From the NCBI GenBank assembly GCA_965237635.1, contig CBDEFX010000002.1:978554-1042553 (forward strand): a stretch of DNA of 64,000 nt, read 5' to 3'. The stretch is from Dehalococcoidia bacterium. Lineage in GTDB: Bacteria; Chloroflexota; Dehalococcoidia; Lucifugimonadales; CAUZJF01. Below are positions 17,532 to 27,179 of the stretch, piece by piece. Under the pieces are notes generated by a model. That model worked only from the letters and a program-made list of their open reading frames with translations, was not told where the DNA came from and ran no database searches. The stretch's first letter is position 1. Each line of letters opens with the position of its first letter. A program made the translations under genes and the position numbers.

Positions 17532-19337
17532 GTGCCCAATGACGCAGCCGCCACCTTCTGGAACACGCCTCGACGGGAAGGTGTCCTCATATCGGACCTC
17601 TCCCGCTTCAATCCCAGTTCGGCCGTCAGCTCCAAACGCAGGGAGGACTGCTGGTTCACCGTTCCCTACGAGACGAAGGACGGCATCAATGGAGTGTTGA
17701 TCGGAAAAGGGGAGCTCTCGAGCCCCCCAGATGTCAGTCTGCCGCTGGAATCTAACGGATGGCACGCTATCTATCTGGGGCTGTTCAGAGGAGGCGCGTC
17801 GGTCGGCCAGCCGTTCGCCGACCCTTGTCTGCTCAAGGTAAAGCTGAGCGATGACGGGCTGTTCGACACCGTGCGCCCGACCGTGCTGGATACCCCTCGA
17901 CTGAACTCGTCGGTACCTGGCAGTGAAAACGGCGTCGAGGAGCTCTTCTGGAGGGCGTCCGACCTCGATGGGCAGGACATGGTCTTGTCGTACCCGAGGG
18001 CCGGAGTTCGGAACGCGGCACAGCTGGCTTTCATTCGGCTGGTACCGATGACGGAAGAGGAGGTGGAGGACTATCGCAACGCCTCCGGGAGTTCTCTAAC
18101 GAAGGTCCTGGCCGCTCAGTACGATGGAGGTAGTGGGTACGATTACGTCGGGATGCAGACGGTCGACGACCTTCTAGAGCTACACGAACCCATGCGGGAT
18201 ACCGACGTCGGGAAGTTGTTTCTGGGCACGGGAAGCGGCGGAACGACGTGGTATCCGACCAATGTGAGCGAGATGCACGGTGAGGGTGAGGAGGCCCTCC
18301 TCACGGAGCAGGGCCGTCGCCGTGCCGAGATTCTTCGTAGCTACGTCTCAAGGGGCATCGATCCTGTGAGGGCGCAGGTCGAGCACGTACAGTCTATGGG
18401 GATAGGTGTATACCTGGGCTTTCGTATGGGCGGTCCCATGGCAAGTGTTCCTCCGCGCGGCGTGCCGGTGCCTTTCTGGAGAGACCATCCGGAGTGGCGC
18501 TGTCGCGACCGACAAGGCAACGCGATACCTCGCCTCAGCATGGCATACCCTGAGGTCAGGCGGTTCTACGTGGACCTGTTCCTGGAGCTGGCGGACTACG
18601 GGGTGGAAGGGGTGCAGCTGATCTACACCCGCCGCGCCCCGGTCGTGCTCTTCGAGCAGCCGGTGATAGAGGACTTCAAGAAGGAGTACGGCGTCGACCC
18701 TCGTGAGCTGCCGGAGGACCCGGATGGGCTGGGCCCGCTGTACGGCAGAGAGGCGGGGAGCACACGTCGCCATCCCGGCGCCGCGGCTCTCGGCTACACC
18801 CAGGACGAGCGGCTTCAGACACAGTGGGCGATGTACGTGACGACCTTCATGAGAGAGTTACGTGAGGGGTTGGATAGCCGGCGGCGGCGTGATGGCGGCC
18901 GGCTTGGCGTCGTGGCCAACGTGCTGCATAACGCTGTTTACAACCGGGCGGCGGCCTTCGACCTGGAGACCTGGGCCCGGGAAGGGCTGGTCGACATTCT
19001 GGTGCCGGCCACGAGTGACGACGGGTCGCACTCACTGGAGTACGATTATTTCAAGGGAGTAACCGAAAGGACTGGCTGTGTATTCTACGAAGACATACTG
19101 CCACGCCATACGTCTGGCTCCGAATACGTGCGGCGCGCGCGGCAGGCGTTCGACGGCGGTGCCGCGGGGTTGGCATTCTGGGACTGCGACAGAAGGACCA
19201 TAACCAAGAGCCAGTGGAACACGATAAAGCGGCTGGGACACCGCGACGACCTGGACCGTATGGCGCTGACCCCGGCTGACTACAAGATGCACCCGCTCAA
19301 GCTCATCGATGGCTGGAACCCGATCGGATATAACTAA
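17532..19337 (+). CDS. Glycoside hydrolase-like (GHL10/TIM-barrel) protein
   Basis: FWRDHPEWRCRD, LSMAYPEVRRFY, DYGVEGVQLIYTR, FDLETWAREGLVDILVP; RBS AAGGAG before GTG. Substrate unknown. Confidence 0.7.
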   Translation: MPNDAAATFWNTPRREGVLISDLSRFNPSSAVSSKRREDCWFTVPYETKDGINGVLIGKGELSSPPDVSLPLESNGWHAIYLGLFRGGASVGQPFADPCLLKVKLSDDGLFDTVRPTVLDTPRLNSSVPGSENGVEELFWRASDLDGQDMVLSYPRAGVRNAAQLAFIRLVPMTEEEVEDYRNASGSSLTKVLAAQYDGGSGYDYVGMQTVDDLLELHEPMRDTDVGKLFLGTGSGGTTWYPTNVSEMHGEGEEALLTEQGRRRAEILRSYVSRGIDPVRAQVEHVQSMGIGVYLGFRMGGPMASVPPRGVPVPFWRDHPEWRCRDRQGNAIPRLSMAYPEVRRFYVDLFLELADYGVEGVQLIYTRRAPVVLFEQPVIEDFKKEYGVDPRELPEDPDGLGPLYGREAGSTRRHPGAAALGYTQDERLQTQWAMYVTTFMRELREGLDSRRRRDGGRLGVVANVLHNAVYNRAAAFDLETWAREGLVDILVPATSDDGSHSLEYDYFKGVTERTGCVFYEDILPRHTSGSEYVRRARQAFDGGAAGLAFWDCDRRTITKSQWNTIKRLGHRDDLDRMALTPADYKMHPLKLIDGWNPIGYN

Positions 19338-19413
19338 ACCAGCTCTCGTGCGCCGTTGACTCGAGTAGTCCCGATTGGGCATCGGAGCGGAAGGTGCGAT
19401 AAGGGGGTCTAAG

Positions 19414-20304
19414 TTGCCGTTCACCCGCCTCCTCGTCCCGTTGGACGGATCACACCAGGCTGAACAGGCGCTACCGTACGTTCGGTGGCTGGCGAAGGGG
19501 CTGCGGTGTCGAGTTGAGCTGCTCAGTGTCACTGAGCCGGTCGATTCAGCGTCCGAGGCTCCGGCATCGGAATCTGAGGAAGACCGGGCGGAGACTGGCC
19601 TGCACGGCAGGGTCCACAGCTACCTCGACGGCATTGCGGCCGACCTCACGGAGGGTGGCCTCGATGTGACCGTCCAAATCATCGACTCCAACCCCGTCTT
19701 TCAGATCATTGCCATTGGCGAGCAGAGCCCGGGGACCCTGATCGTCATGCCCACTCGTGGCCACTACAGTCCGGAACGTTGGCCGGTCGACAGTGTGACG
19801 GCCAAGGTGCTCCACGGGACCATTGCCCCGGTGCTTGTGATTCCGACAAGTAGCGACGGGACCTCGAGAGGAGAGGCGAAGCTCAGTACCATGATCGTCC
19901 CGCTGGACGGGTCGCAGCATACAGAGCGAGTAGTTATACCTGCGGTTTCGTTGGCCGGTGTCATATCGATGAGCCTGACCTTGGTCACCGTTCACGCCAC
20001 AAGCGAGGTTGACGCTTCTTCGGAAGGGGTCCATCCAGTCCATACGGGCCAGGGCTCCGCTGACTATCTCCGCGAGGCCGGCGAAAGACTGGACAAGGAA
20101 GGAGTCACGTCGATAGAGCGGCGAGTCCTGGACGGCGACCCTGTTGACGCGATCCTGCGGGTGGCGAATGAGGCTCCCGACAGCCTGGTGGCGATGGCGA
20201 CGCACGGACACTCCGAGGTGACGCGTCTCATCATTGGGAGTGTCACAGACGAGGTCGTGCGAAGGGCGATCGGCCCTGTCATGGTCGTTCGCAGTCCGGA
20301 GTAG
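19414..20304 (+). CDS. Tandem-domain universal stress protein
   Basis: Two LVPLDGS motifs; MPTRG and MATHGHS..IGSVTDEVVR. Confidence 0.92.
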   Translation: MPFTRLLVPLDGSHQAEQALPYVRWLAKGLRCRVELLSVTEPVDSASEAPASESEEDRAETGLHGRVHSYLDGIAADLTEGGLDVTVQIIDSNPVFQIIAIGEQSPGTLIVMPTRGHYSPERWPVDSVTAKVLHGTIAPVLVIPTSSDGTSRGEAKLSTMIVPLDGSQHTERVVIPAVSLAGVISMSLTLVTVHATSEVDASSEGVHPVHTGQGSADYLREAGERLDKEGVTSIERRVLDGDPVDAILRVANEAPDSLVAMATHGHSEVTRLIIGSVTDEVVRRAIGPVMVVRSPE

Positions 20305-20350
20305 CGCGGTCGGGAGCCCTTGTGGCGCCAAGGCTACCGATGGTAGGAAA

Positions 20351-20385
20351 CAAAAAGGCAGACCGCTTTAGCAGTCTGCCTTTAT
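20351..20385. terminator. Bidirectional intrinsic terminator
   Basis: AAAAAGGCAGAC-loop-GTCTGCCTTTATT between convergent USP and RRM genes. Confidence 0.75.
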
Positions 20386-20473
20386 TAGCTCCTCATTTGT
20401 CGAGGCCCCGGCCCAATCCCGCTTCCAAGAGCGGCCGAAGCTTCGGCTACAGAATGCTGGTAAGCCCTTGGGC

Positions 20474-20776
20474 TTACCAGCGCCGTTCGAAGTCTCCGCC
20501 GCCGCCGCCGCCGCGACGGCCGCCGCCGGAGTCCTCTCTGGGTCGGGCCTCGTTGACGGTAAGCGTTCGGCCATTGAAGTCCTGGCCGCTCAGTGCTTTT
20601 ATCGCGGCCTCCGCCTGCGCGTTGTCCGGCATCTCCACGAAGCCAAACCCTCTCGAGCGGCCGGAGTAGCGGTCGGTGATCACCCTTGCGGTGGCTACTT
20701 CTCCATGCTCGGAGAACGCGACCTGCAAGGACTCCTCTGTCGTCTCAAACGGTAGATTGCCTACATAAATGTTCAT
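20474..20776 (-). CDS. RRM RNA-binding protein with Gly-rich tail
   Basis: NIYVGNL (RNP2), RSRGFGFVEM (RNP1), VNEARPRE. Confidence 0.96.
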   Translation of the reverse strand: MNIYVGNLPFETTEESLQVAFSEHGEVATARVITDRYSGRSRGFGFVEMPDNAQAEAAIKALSGQDFNGRTLTVNEARPREDSGGGRRGGGGGGDFERRW

Positions 20777-21302
20777 GCGGCGCTCCTTATTAGATTCTCC
20801 TCAGCCCGTAGCAAGCACCGCGTGCGAGTCATGTGTCAATAACAGGAAACGCAGGAAGCGGAACGAGTGCAACTTGGTCTCGGAGTCGACGATATTGTAC
20901 CACGGACGGTCTTGTTTTGGGAATCCCTCGTCCGCCGCATGCGGGAGAGATTATGGACCATCAACCGGGGGACAGCCTCTCTGTCTGCCGGTGTTTGGTT
21001 GTCTGCACGCCTCTGACACTTGTTGGCGCGTTGTCTTCTGCATGGGTCCGGAGCTGGCGCGTTTTCCGGCAGAACGCTTTGAGCTGCTGTTCTTTGACGG
21101 TCGAACAGCGATGGAACCGGCGAGCCGTTTTACGGTCGCTCGCAACCGTTGGGTGGCCGCTCCTCTACGGTCGAAACGGCCAACTGAACCGGTGGGCTTT
21201 ATTCACGGTCTCCCGCTACCGTGACCGAAGCCAAAGGACATGTGACAGCCTCGGCCAACTCAACGATCACGCCGGACGTTTGCCAGCTCAGGACTCCGGA
21301 CC

Positions 21303-21403
21303 CCAGGGTAAAAAGAAACGGACGCCTCGACAAGCTCGTTGCTGACTTGCCGACGGGCCTGTCCCTCACAAACCAGGATAGCACACGTGTTCGGTTTTGT
21401 TAA
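21303..21403 (-). repeat. Dispersed promoter-hairpin module, copy 4 (partial)
   Basis: Minus strand TTAACA-17 bp-TATCCT with CGAAC-ACGT-GTGC in the spacer, then GAGGGACAG...GTCCGTTTCTTTTTACCC. Confidence 0.7.
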
Positions 21404-21694
21404 AGGCCCGCATGACCTCAATATTATGGTTGCTGAAGATGGGAACAATCCCACCACTTTGGCAAAGGGTTCAGGGAACGGGCGTGATTAGGAGTGGCGG
21501 TCGTATGTGGGCAGAGGGCGCACGCTTTGCGCCCCTACGAATCGCACCCTGGGAATAGGGTCCGGCGCACGATATAGGGCTTGTCGGCTGACGTACCCAG
21601 GTTGACTGGCCGCCGAGGTGCGCATAGAATGCTGGCGTCGGCGCTGGTGGGACGGAGCGAGGGCCTCCACATCACGCGTTCCAGGAGGAGAGCG

Positions 21695-21934
21695 ATGGAA
21701 ACCAAGGCCTTTATCTTGATTGAGACTGTGGTGGGCAAGACGCAGGATGTGACCGGAGAGTTGCATGGAATATCGGAAGTGAAGACCGTGGACACCGTGA
21801 CCGGCCCGTACGATATCATCGCAGTCGTGAGCGGCCCGGACTTGAACGCGGTCGGCGACCTGGTCACAGTTCGGATTCACGGCATCAGCGGGATCGTCCG
21901 CACCGTAACCTGTCTGTCGATGGGCAGCTCGTAA
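21695..21934 (+). CDS. Stand-alone Lrp/AsnC ligand-binding domain protein
   Basis: KAFILIE..VTGPYDIIAVV..IHGISGIVRTVT; RBS AGGAGGAG. Confidence 0.9.
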   Translation: METKAFILIETVVGKTQDVTGELHGISEVKTVDTVTGPYDIIAVVSGPDLNAVGDLVTVRIHGISGIVRTVTCLSMGSS

Positions 21935-22059
21935 TCGCATGCCCCTCGATACGTCCCGATGGGGCGTCGGGACTACTCCCCTCGATACCGTGCCTGCGGC
22001 ACGTACTCGGGACGGACGGACGGATGGATGGCTGCCTGATGACCATCCGTCCTTAGCTG

Positions 22060-22368
22060 CTATGGGCCCGCGGGCCGCACCACGACACCGACCTCGTACA
22101 CATTTCTGACCGGTTCTCCGTCCAAGAGGCCCTCGAACCGGGCTACCATCTCCTGGAACTTGCCGCTGGTCACAGGGGCCTCGGCGTCGGCCTCCGTGTC
22201 ATATGTGACTATCACAACGACCTCGCTGGCTTTCGGGTCTGCGAGCACGTACGCCTCCCTTGACCCCTGCAGACCAGGAATCTCGGGAGCTACCGATTCC
22301 CGCCACAGTGCGATTGCCTCGTCTACTTTGCCAGGTTGGACCTTAGCCGTGGTCACGCTCGCGTGCAT
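22060..22368 (-). CDS. Small ABM-like (dimeric alpha/beta barrel) protein
   Basis: MHASVTTAKVQPGKVDEAIALWRESV..VVIVTYDTEADA; RBS GGAGGAGG. Confidence 0.75.
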   Translation of the reverse strand: MHASVTTAKVQPGKVDEAIALWRESVAPEIPGLQGSREAYVLADPKASEVVVIVTYDTEADAEAPVTSGKFQEMVARFEGLLDGEPVRNVYEVGVVVRPAGP

Positions 22369-22414
22369 GGTTTCCTCCTCCGGGGGTATCTAGTATCCTG
22401 ACAGTTGGAGGCCG

Positions 22415-22582
22415 CTACTTCCATATTCTTCGCCACGCCTCGAATGTTGCATAGAACGTGTACGCGATCAGTATCACCCGCCACCATGCGAGATCGTATA
22501 GGCCCGCATACCTCAGCACCAGTATGGTGACGAGAAAGACAACGACTGCAAACGCGACGCGAACGCGCCTATCTATGATCAC
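22415..22582 (-). CDS. Small two-helix membrane protein (55 aa; below the ORF-track cutoff)
   Basis: Translated by hand: MIIDRRVRVAFAVVVFLVTILVLRYAGLYDLAWWRVILIAYTFYATFEAWRRIWK; fills the gap between co-oriented genes. Confidence 0.55.
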   Translation of the reverse strand: MIIDRRVRVAFAVVVFLVTILVLRYAGLYDLAWWRVILIAYTFYATFEAWRRIWK

Positions 22583-22628
22583 CTGAGGTCCGACCTGACA
22601 ACACGACTGCCGGTTGTTGCGTCAGGCA

Positions 22629-23345
22629 TCAGTCTGATGGCTCGGGCCGCTTGTCGTCGGACTTGAGGAATACGGTAAGTGGGGAGTCGCTGCTTTCAGG
22701 GCTGAGGTCGCGTCCGCTGGTCGGGCTGATGTCGACTACACCCTGGACGGCTTCGAGCATACTTTTGAGTGAAAGGGGCTCGCGAAGCGCCAGCCAGACG
22801 TCCACTCCCCCCTTGGAGTTGTTGGACAGCCTCAGAACTCGGAACTCAGGCTTTTCGCTGAGCCGCTGCGTGAATTGGACCACCAGCGCCTTGTCACCTT
22901 CGGCTCGCAGGTTCAATCTCACGGTCCCTTTATAGAGGTCCTCGGTCTCCTGAGGCGCGACGACGACTTGAGTCATTGGGGCCACGCCTACTGTCTCCAC
23001 GAGTGAGTGGGCCAGGGTTATCTGCAGTGTGTTTGCCATTGGTGAGCGGAAGACGAAGGAGACCTTGCTGCGCGCCAAACGTATGCCGTCGCCGTCTTGC
23101 AGCCGATGGCCTTCCGCGGGGATTTTCTTATCGTTTACGAAGGTGCCATTCGTCGTCGACAGGTCTTCAATGTGAAATTCGAGGTCCTTGGCGACGATCT
23201 CGGCATGCTTTCGGGAGACTCCCTGTTCGGCGACGACGACATCGTTATCCGGATGGCGGCCCATGGTGGTTAAAGGTCCGCGGACCGGTATCGGATCGCC
23301 AGCGTCCGGGCTACCTTCTATCTCGAGTACCGCCTCATCAGGCAT
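22629..23345 (-). CDS. FHA-domain protein with uncharacterised C-terminal domain
   Basis: MGRHPDNDVVV..VSRKHA..DLSTTNGTFVN; start at MPDEAVL. Confidence 0.88.
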   Translation of the reverse strand: MPDEAVLEIEGSPDAGDPIPVRGPLTTMGRHPDNDVVVAEQGVSRKHAEIVAKDLEFHIEDLSTTNGTFVNDKKIPAEGHRLQDGDGIRLARSKVSFVFRSPMANTLQITLAHSLVETVGVAPMTQVVVAPQETEDLYKGTVRLNLRAEGDKALVVQFTQRLSEKPEFRVLRLSNNSKGGVDVWLALREPLSLKSMLEAVQGVVDISPTSGRDLSPESSDSPLTVFLKSDDKRPEPSD

Positions 23346-23548
23346 GTCCAAAGCCTCGCTTCGGCAATCTGGCCCAGGTGCCCAGGCTCGTGATGGGCCA
23401 GGCTCCCAATTATACCGCCGATCGGATGCTTGTGGGAATGTACGAGGGTCTCTGTTGGCCCGGTCCCTCGATACGCCCCGACGGGCTACTCGGGATACTC
23501 GGTCCATGTCAACTTGCAGAAGTCGACTATGTCTGGCACGATTGGCAC

Positions 23549-24445
23549 ATGAGAGTTGGCGCGTTTGAGATATCGGAGCCGGCGCCGGAGTTGCACGATA
23601 CCCTCGCTTTCGCCTTGTTGCGGTCCTGGGTCGATGTGGGTAGGGTCGGTACGCTGGTGCTTTCCAAGCTGGAGCAGCACTTCGGCGCCAATGAGGTAGC
23701 CAGGCTGGCACGGCCCGGCGTTTTCTTTGATTTCACTAGGGACCGACCGCGCGTACACGTGATCGAGGGCCGCCGCGTGCTCGATATCCCGAACAGCATC
23801 GTGCGCTACGCTCACGATAGTGAGACCGGCAGGGACCATTTGTTCCTGCATCTGCGTGAGCCGCATGCGATGAGCGAAGACTACACGGACTCCGTTGTCA
23901 CCCTGCTGAAACATTTCGAGGTGACTGAGTATTGCCGCGTCGGCGGCATGTACGACTCCGTGCCGCACACTCGTCCCTTGTTGGTGACCGGGTCTCTTAG
24001 CACCGCCCAGGCAGAGCAGGCAGAAGGCCTGTTCTCCCCGCGCAAGAGCACCTACCAGGGCCCGACAAGCATCGTAAACCTAGTAAACGATCAACTCGAA
24101 GACTCAGGAATCAGGACCACCTCTCTGATGGTGCATCTGCCGAGCTACGCTCAGCTGAACGAGGACCACCTTGGGGCTCATCGGCTGTCGCAGGTGTTGA
24201 GCGCGGCGTACGGGTTTCCCGACTCTCTGGTGGATTCCGAACGAGGACAGGAGCAGTACACCGGCATCAGCCGTATGGTGGAGAATAACCCTGAGGTCAA
24301 GGGCGTTATTCAAAGGCTAGAGGTCGAATACGACCGCTTGCAGGTCAGTCTAGAGCCGGAGGAGAAGGTGTCGCTCCCCCCTGAGTTGGAGAAGTTCTTG
24401 AGGGAGGTTGGCGGGCGGCTGGAGAACCAACAGGAAGACGAATAA
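23549..24445 (+). CDS. PAC2-family (proteasome assembly chaperone-like) protein
   Basis: SWVDVGRVG, FFDFTRDRP, LHLREPH, VGGMYDSVPHTRP, LMVHLPSY; start at MRVGAFEI. Confidence 0.85.
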   Translation: MRVGAFEISEPAPELHDTLAFALLRSWVDVGRVGTLVLSKLEQHFGANEVARLARPGVFFDFTRDRPRVHVIEGRRVLDIPNSIVRYAHDSETGRDHLFLHLREPHAMSEDYTDSVVTLLKHFEVTEYCRVGGMYDSVPHTRPLLVTGSLSTAQAEQAEGLFSPRKSTYQGPTSIVNLVNDQLEDSGIRTTSLMVHLPSYAQLNEDHLGAHRLSQVLSAAYGFPDSLVDSERGQEQYTGISRMVENNPEVKGVIQRLEVEYDRLQVSLEPEEKVSLPPELEKFLREVGGRLENQQEDE

Positions 24446-24608
24446 AGACGTAGCCTCCGATGCTCAGCAACACCGGGGGCCGACTCAAGGAGGAACCAGT
24501 GCTTGGATAGATAGAATCTATCTATGCGGGGAAGATGTTCATCAATTTCAGCACTAACGATAGGACTCTACCATATGGTGTGAAAAAAGTCAAGGGGTAT
24601 GTGATATG

Positions 24609-26065
24609 GTAACTGTTCAGACTTAAAGGGATGAACCTAAGACCCCCTAGCGTTGCGAGTGGCAGTGATGTCATAAGGGAGAGGTGGAAGCTGAAGTAGA
24701 CCTGCAGAGTGCGAGCCGTGAGACGCTGCTGGCGGTGATAGCCGAGTTGCGGCAGCGTGTAGAGGAGTTGGATGCTCAGCTGAGCATCCGCGGCCCGACC
24801 GCAGGGATGCCGGGCAACAAGCGGTTCGTCAAGCGGCATCAGCCTGAGAGGAACGGACCCCGTAAGCGTCGTCTCCACGGCTTTGCCCGACGGCGGATGG
24901 AACCCACGCAGCGGGTGATACATGCTCCTGAGTCGTGCCCGGAGTGCGGGACGGGCCTGTCAGGCGGCTGGGTTCAGCGGACACGAGAAGTCATCGAGCT
25001 TCCGATGGTGCCAGCAGAGGTGAACGAGCACGTCTTTGTGGCCCGGATATGTCCGCTGTGCGACAAGCGGCGGTTGCCTCAAGAGTCGTTGGAGGGCTTA
25101 GCAATGGGGCGGCGGCGCTTGGGGGTCAACCTGGTGAGCCTTATTGTTACGCTGCGAGAAGAGGGGCGGCTGCCGGTGAGGAGCATCCAGTGGTACCTGC
25201 AAACGGTACATCAGTTGGTACATCAGTTGGGGCTGAGCGTGGGCGCCATCATTGACGTAGTACACGCCACGGCCCAACGGGCCCAACCGGTAGTGGCTGA
25301 GATGCTGGAGCGCATACGTGGCTCTCCGGTAGTGCATGCGGATGAGACCGGCTGGCGGCAGGATGGGGCCAACGGCTATGTCTGGACCTTCAGCACTCCC
25401 ACGGAGCGATACTTCCTACGCCGTGGCCGCGGCAAGGGTGTGGTGGACGAGGTGTTGGGCGAGTCCCCCGGTCAGGGCGAGAGCAGACTCTTCAGCGGAG
25501 TGCTGGTGAGTGACTTCTACGCTGCATACAGTCACTACCCCGGCCTCAAGCAGCGCTGCTGGGTACACCTGTTGCGGGACATCAATGAGCTTGAGGCGTT
25601 GTACCCTCAAGACATGGGCCTCGCCCTATGGGCTACAGCGGTGCGCCAACTCTATGACCGGGCAAAGGCGTGCACTGACGCCCGCAGCCGACCGGCGTCT
25701 GGCTCACACCCGTCAGCGTCTCCCAACCAGTTGATGCTGGAGAAACTTCTGCTGTCGCTGTGCCAGCCCTTCTCCAACGACGATACTGCGCCTCAAGCCA
25801 AGCTCTGCCGGCGCATAGAACGGTTCATCAAGGAACTGTTCGTCTTCGTTTCCCACCCGGGTGTGCCACCCGAGAACAATGCGGCTGAACGGAGCTTACG
25901 GCACCTGGTGGTCAGCCGTAAGATCAGCGGCGGCACTCGCTCTGAACGGGGCACCAACACCAAAATGGCTCTCGCATCCCTCTTTGGCACCTGGAGGGCC
26001 AACGACCTTAACCCACTCCTCCACTGCCGCAACCTGCTCGTTTCCCCTCAACCCTGAACAGTTAC
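24609..26065 (+). mobile_element. IS66-family element, single-ORF (ISBst12-like) type
   Basis: Terminal inverted repeats GTAACTGTTCAG (24609-24620) and CTGAACAGTTAC (26054-26065); flanks GTGATATG and ACGATATG match 6 of 8. Confidence 0.9.
24684..26057 (+). CDS. IS66-family transposase
   Basis: CPECG Zn finger, HADETGW, LVSDFYAAY, QRCWVHLLRD, NNAAERSLR. Confidence 0.95.
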   Translation: MEAEVDLQSASRETLLAVIAELRQRVEELDAQLSIRGPTAGMPGNKRFVKRHQPERNGPRKRRLHGFARRRMEPTQRVIHAPESCPECGTGLSGGWVQRTREVIELPMVPAEVNEHVFVARICPLCDKRRLPQESLEGLAMGRRRLGVNLVSLIVTLREEGRLPVRSIQWYLQTVHQLVHQLGLSVGAIIDVVHATAQRAQPVVAEMLERIRGSPVVHADETGWRQDGANGYVWTFSTPTERYFLRRGRGKGVVDEVLGESPGQGESRLFSGVLVSDFYAAYSHYPGLKQRCWVHLLRDINELEALYPQDMGLALWATAVRQLYDRAKACTDARSRPASGSHPSASPNQLMLEKLLLSLCQPFSNDDTAPQAKLCRRIERFIKELFVFVSHPGVPPENNAAERSLRHLVVSRKISGGTRSERGTNTKMALASLFGTWRANDLNPLLHCRNLLVSPQP

Positions 26066-26217
26066 ACGATATGTTGTACATATTTCGCTTCGGCCTCTTT
26101 TCCGCATCTATGCACGACCCTAAGATTCCGGCCCGACAACCTTGCCGGTCACAACCCCTCGCCGAGGCTTAAGCCCTGACCAGTAGAAGCTACGATTTCG
26201 TCATCCGACCGGCGTCT

Positions 26218-26292
26218 GTGGCGCTTGCCGCGGTGGCGCTTTTCGCGGTGGCGCTTGCCGCAGTGGCGCTTATCGCGGTGGCTCTCGTCGCC
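26218..26292 (+). repeat. Five 15-bp tandem repeats in the signal peptide
   Basis: GTGGCGCTT-NNN-GCN units encoding VAL(A/F/I/V)A. Confidence 0.85.
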
Positions 26293-27135
26293 TGCTCCAC
26301 GACGGCGGAGCCCACTCCTACGTCCACATCCGTTCCCGAGGCTGCGCCCGCAGATGTAAGGGTGGTCGTTGCGGCGTCGGACCTGGCGGTCGGTCCCAAC
26401 CGGTTCACGTTCGGCATCCTGGACAGCGCGTCGTCCCCGATCAGGGTGCCCGAGGCCACGACTACGTTCGTATATCTCGACTCCACGCCGCAACAGGTCA
26501 GTGCCAACGCGAAGGCGCGGTTCGTCAGGTGGCCCTCGGGGAGGGCTGGAGTATATGTCGCGAGCGTTTCTTTCGATCAGGCAGGGCGTTGGGGGCTTGT
26601 GGTCGAGTTCGCTGGAGAAGACGGCACTGCTCAGGAGGGCCGGGCGGGCTTTGTCGTAGAGCAGGAAAGCTCTTCCCCGGGGATAGGACGGCCGGCGCCA
26701 CTCAGCAAGAACAAGACCGCCCGGGATGTTTCGGACCTCGAGGAGATCACCACCGCTCTGGTGCCCGACCCTGACCTCTACCGGGTGACCGTCTCAGAGG
26801 CGGTCTCCAGTGGTAAGCCGACAGTGGTCACGTTCGCCACTCCTGCGTTCTGCCAGACCGCGACCTGTGGGCCCCAGCTGACAGTGTTGTCTTCTTTGGA
26901 AGAAAAGCATAGCGGGGAGACCAACTTCATCCACATCGAGGTCTACGACAACCCCGATGAGATCGAGGGAGACTTATCGAGAGGGCGGCTCTCGCCGCTC
27001 CTGGGAGAGTGGGGGCTGCGCTCCGAGCCTTTCACGTTTTTGCTGGACGGGGACGGGCTCGTCGCTGCCAAGTTCGAAGGGTTCGTGACCGAGGATGAGC
27101 TGGAGGCGGCGCTGGCCGAGGTCCTCGGCTCATAG
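26218..27135 (+). CDS. Lipoprotein with C-terminal thioredoxin-like domain (CxxxxC)
   Basis: Lipobox LVAC; VTFATPAFCQTATCGP, FIHIEVY, WGLRSEPFTFLLD. Start may be a few codons upstream. Confidence 0.8.
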   Translation: MALAAVALFAVALAAVALIAVALVACSTTAEPTPTSTSVPEAAPADVRVVVAASDLAVGPNRFTFGILDSASSPIRVPEATTTFVYLDSTPQQVSANAKARFVRWPSGRAGVYVASVSFDQAGRWGLVVEFAGEDGTAQEGRAGFVVEQESSSPGIGRPAPLSKNKTARDVSDLEEITTALVPDPDLYRVTVSEAVSSGKPTVVTFATPAFCQTATCGPQLTVLSSLEEKHSGETNFIHIEVYDNPDEIEGDLSRGRLSPLLGEWGLRSEPFTFLLDGDGLVAAKFEGFVTEDELEAALAEVLGS

Positions 27136-27179
27136 CCTGCCGATTCGATGCTCAAGGGCGGCTCTGGCATAGAGGCCCA

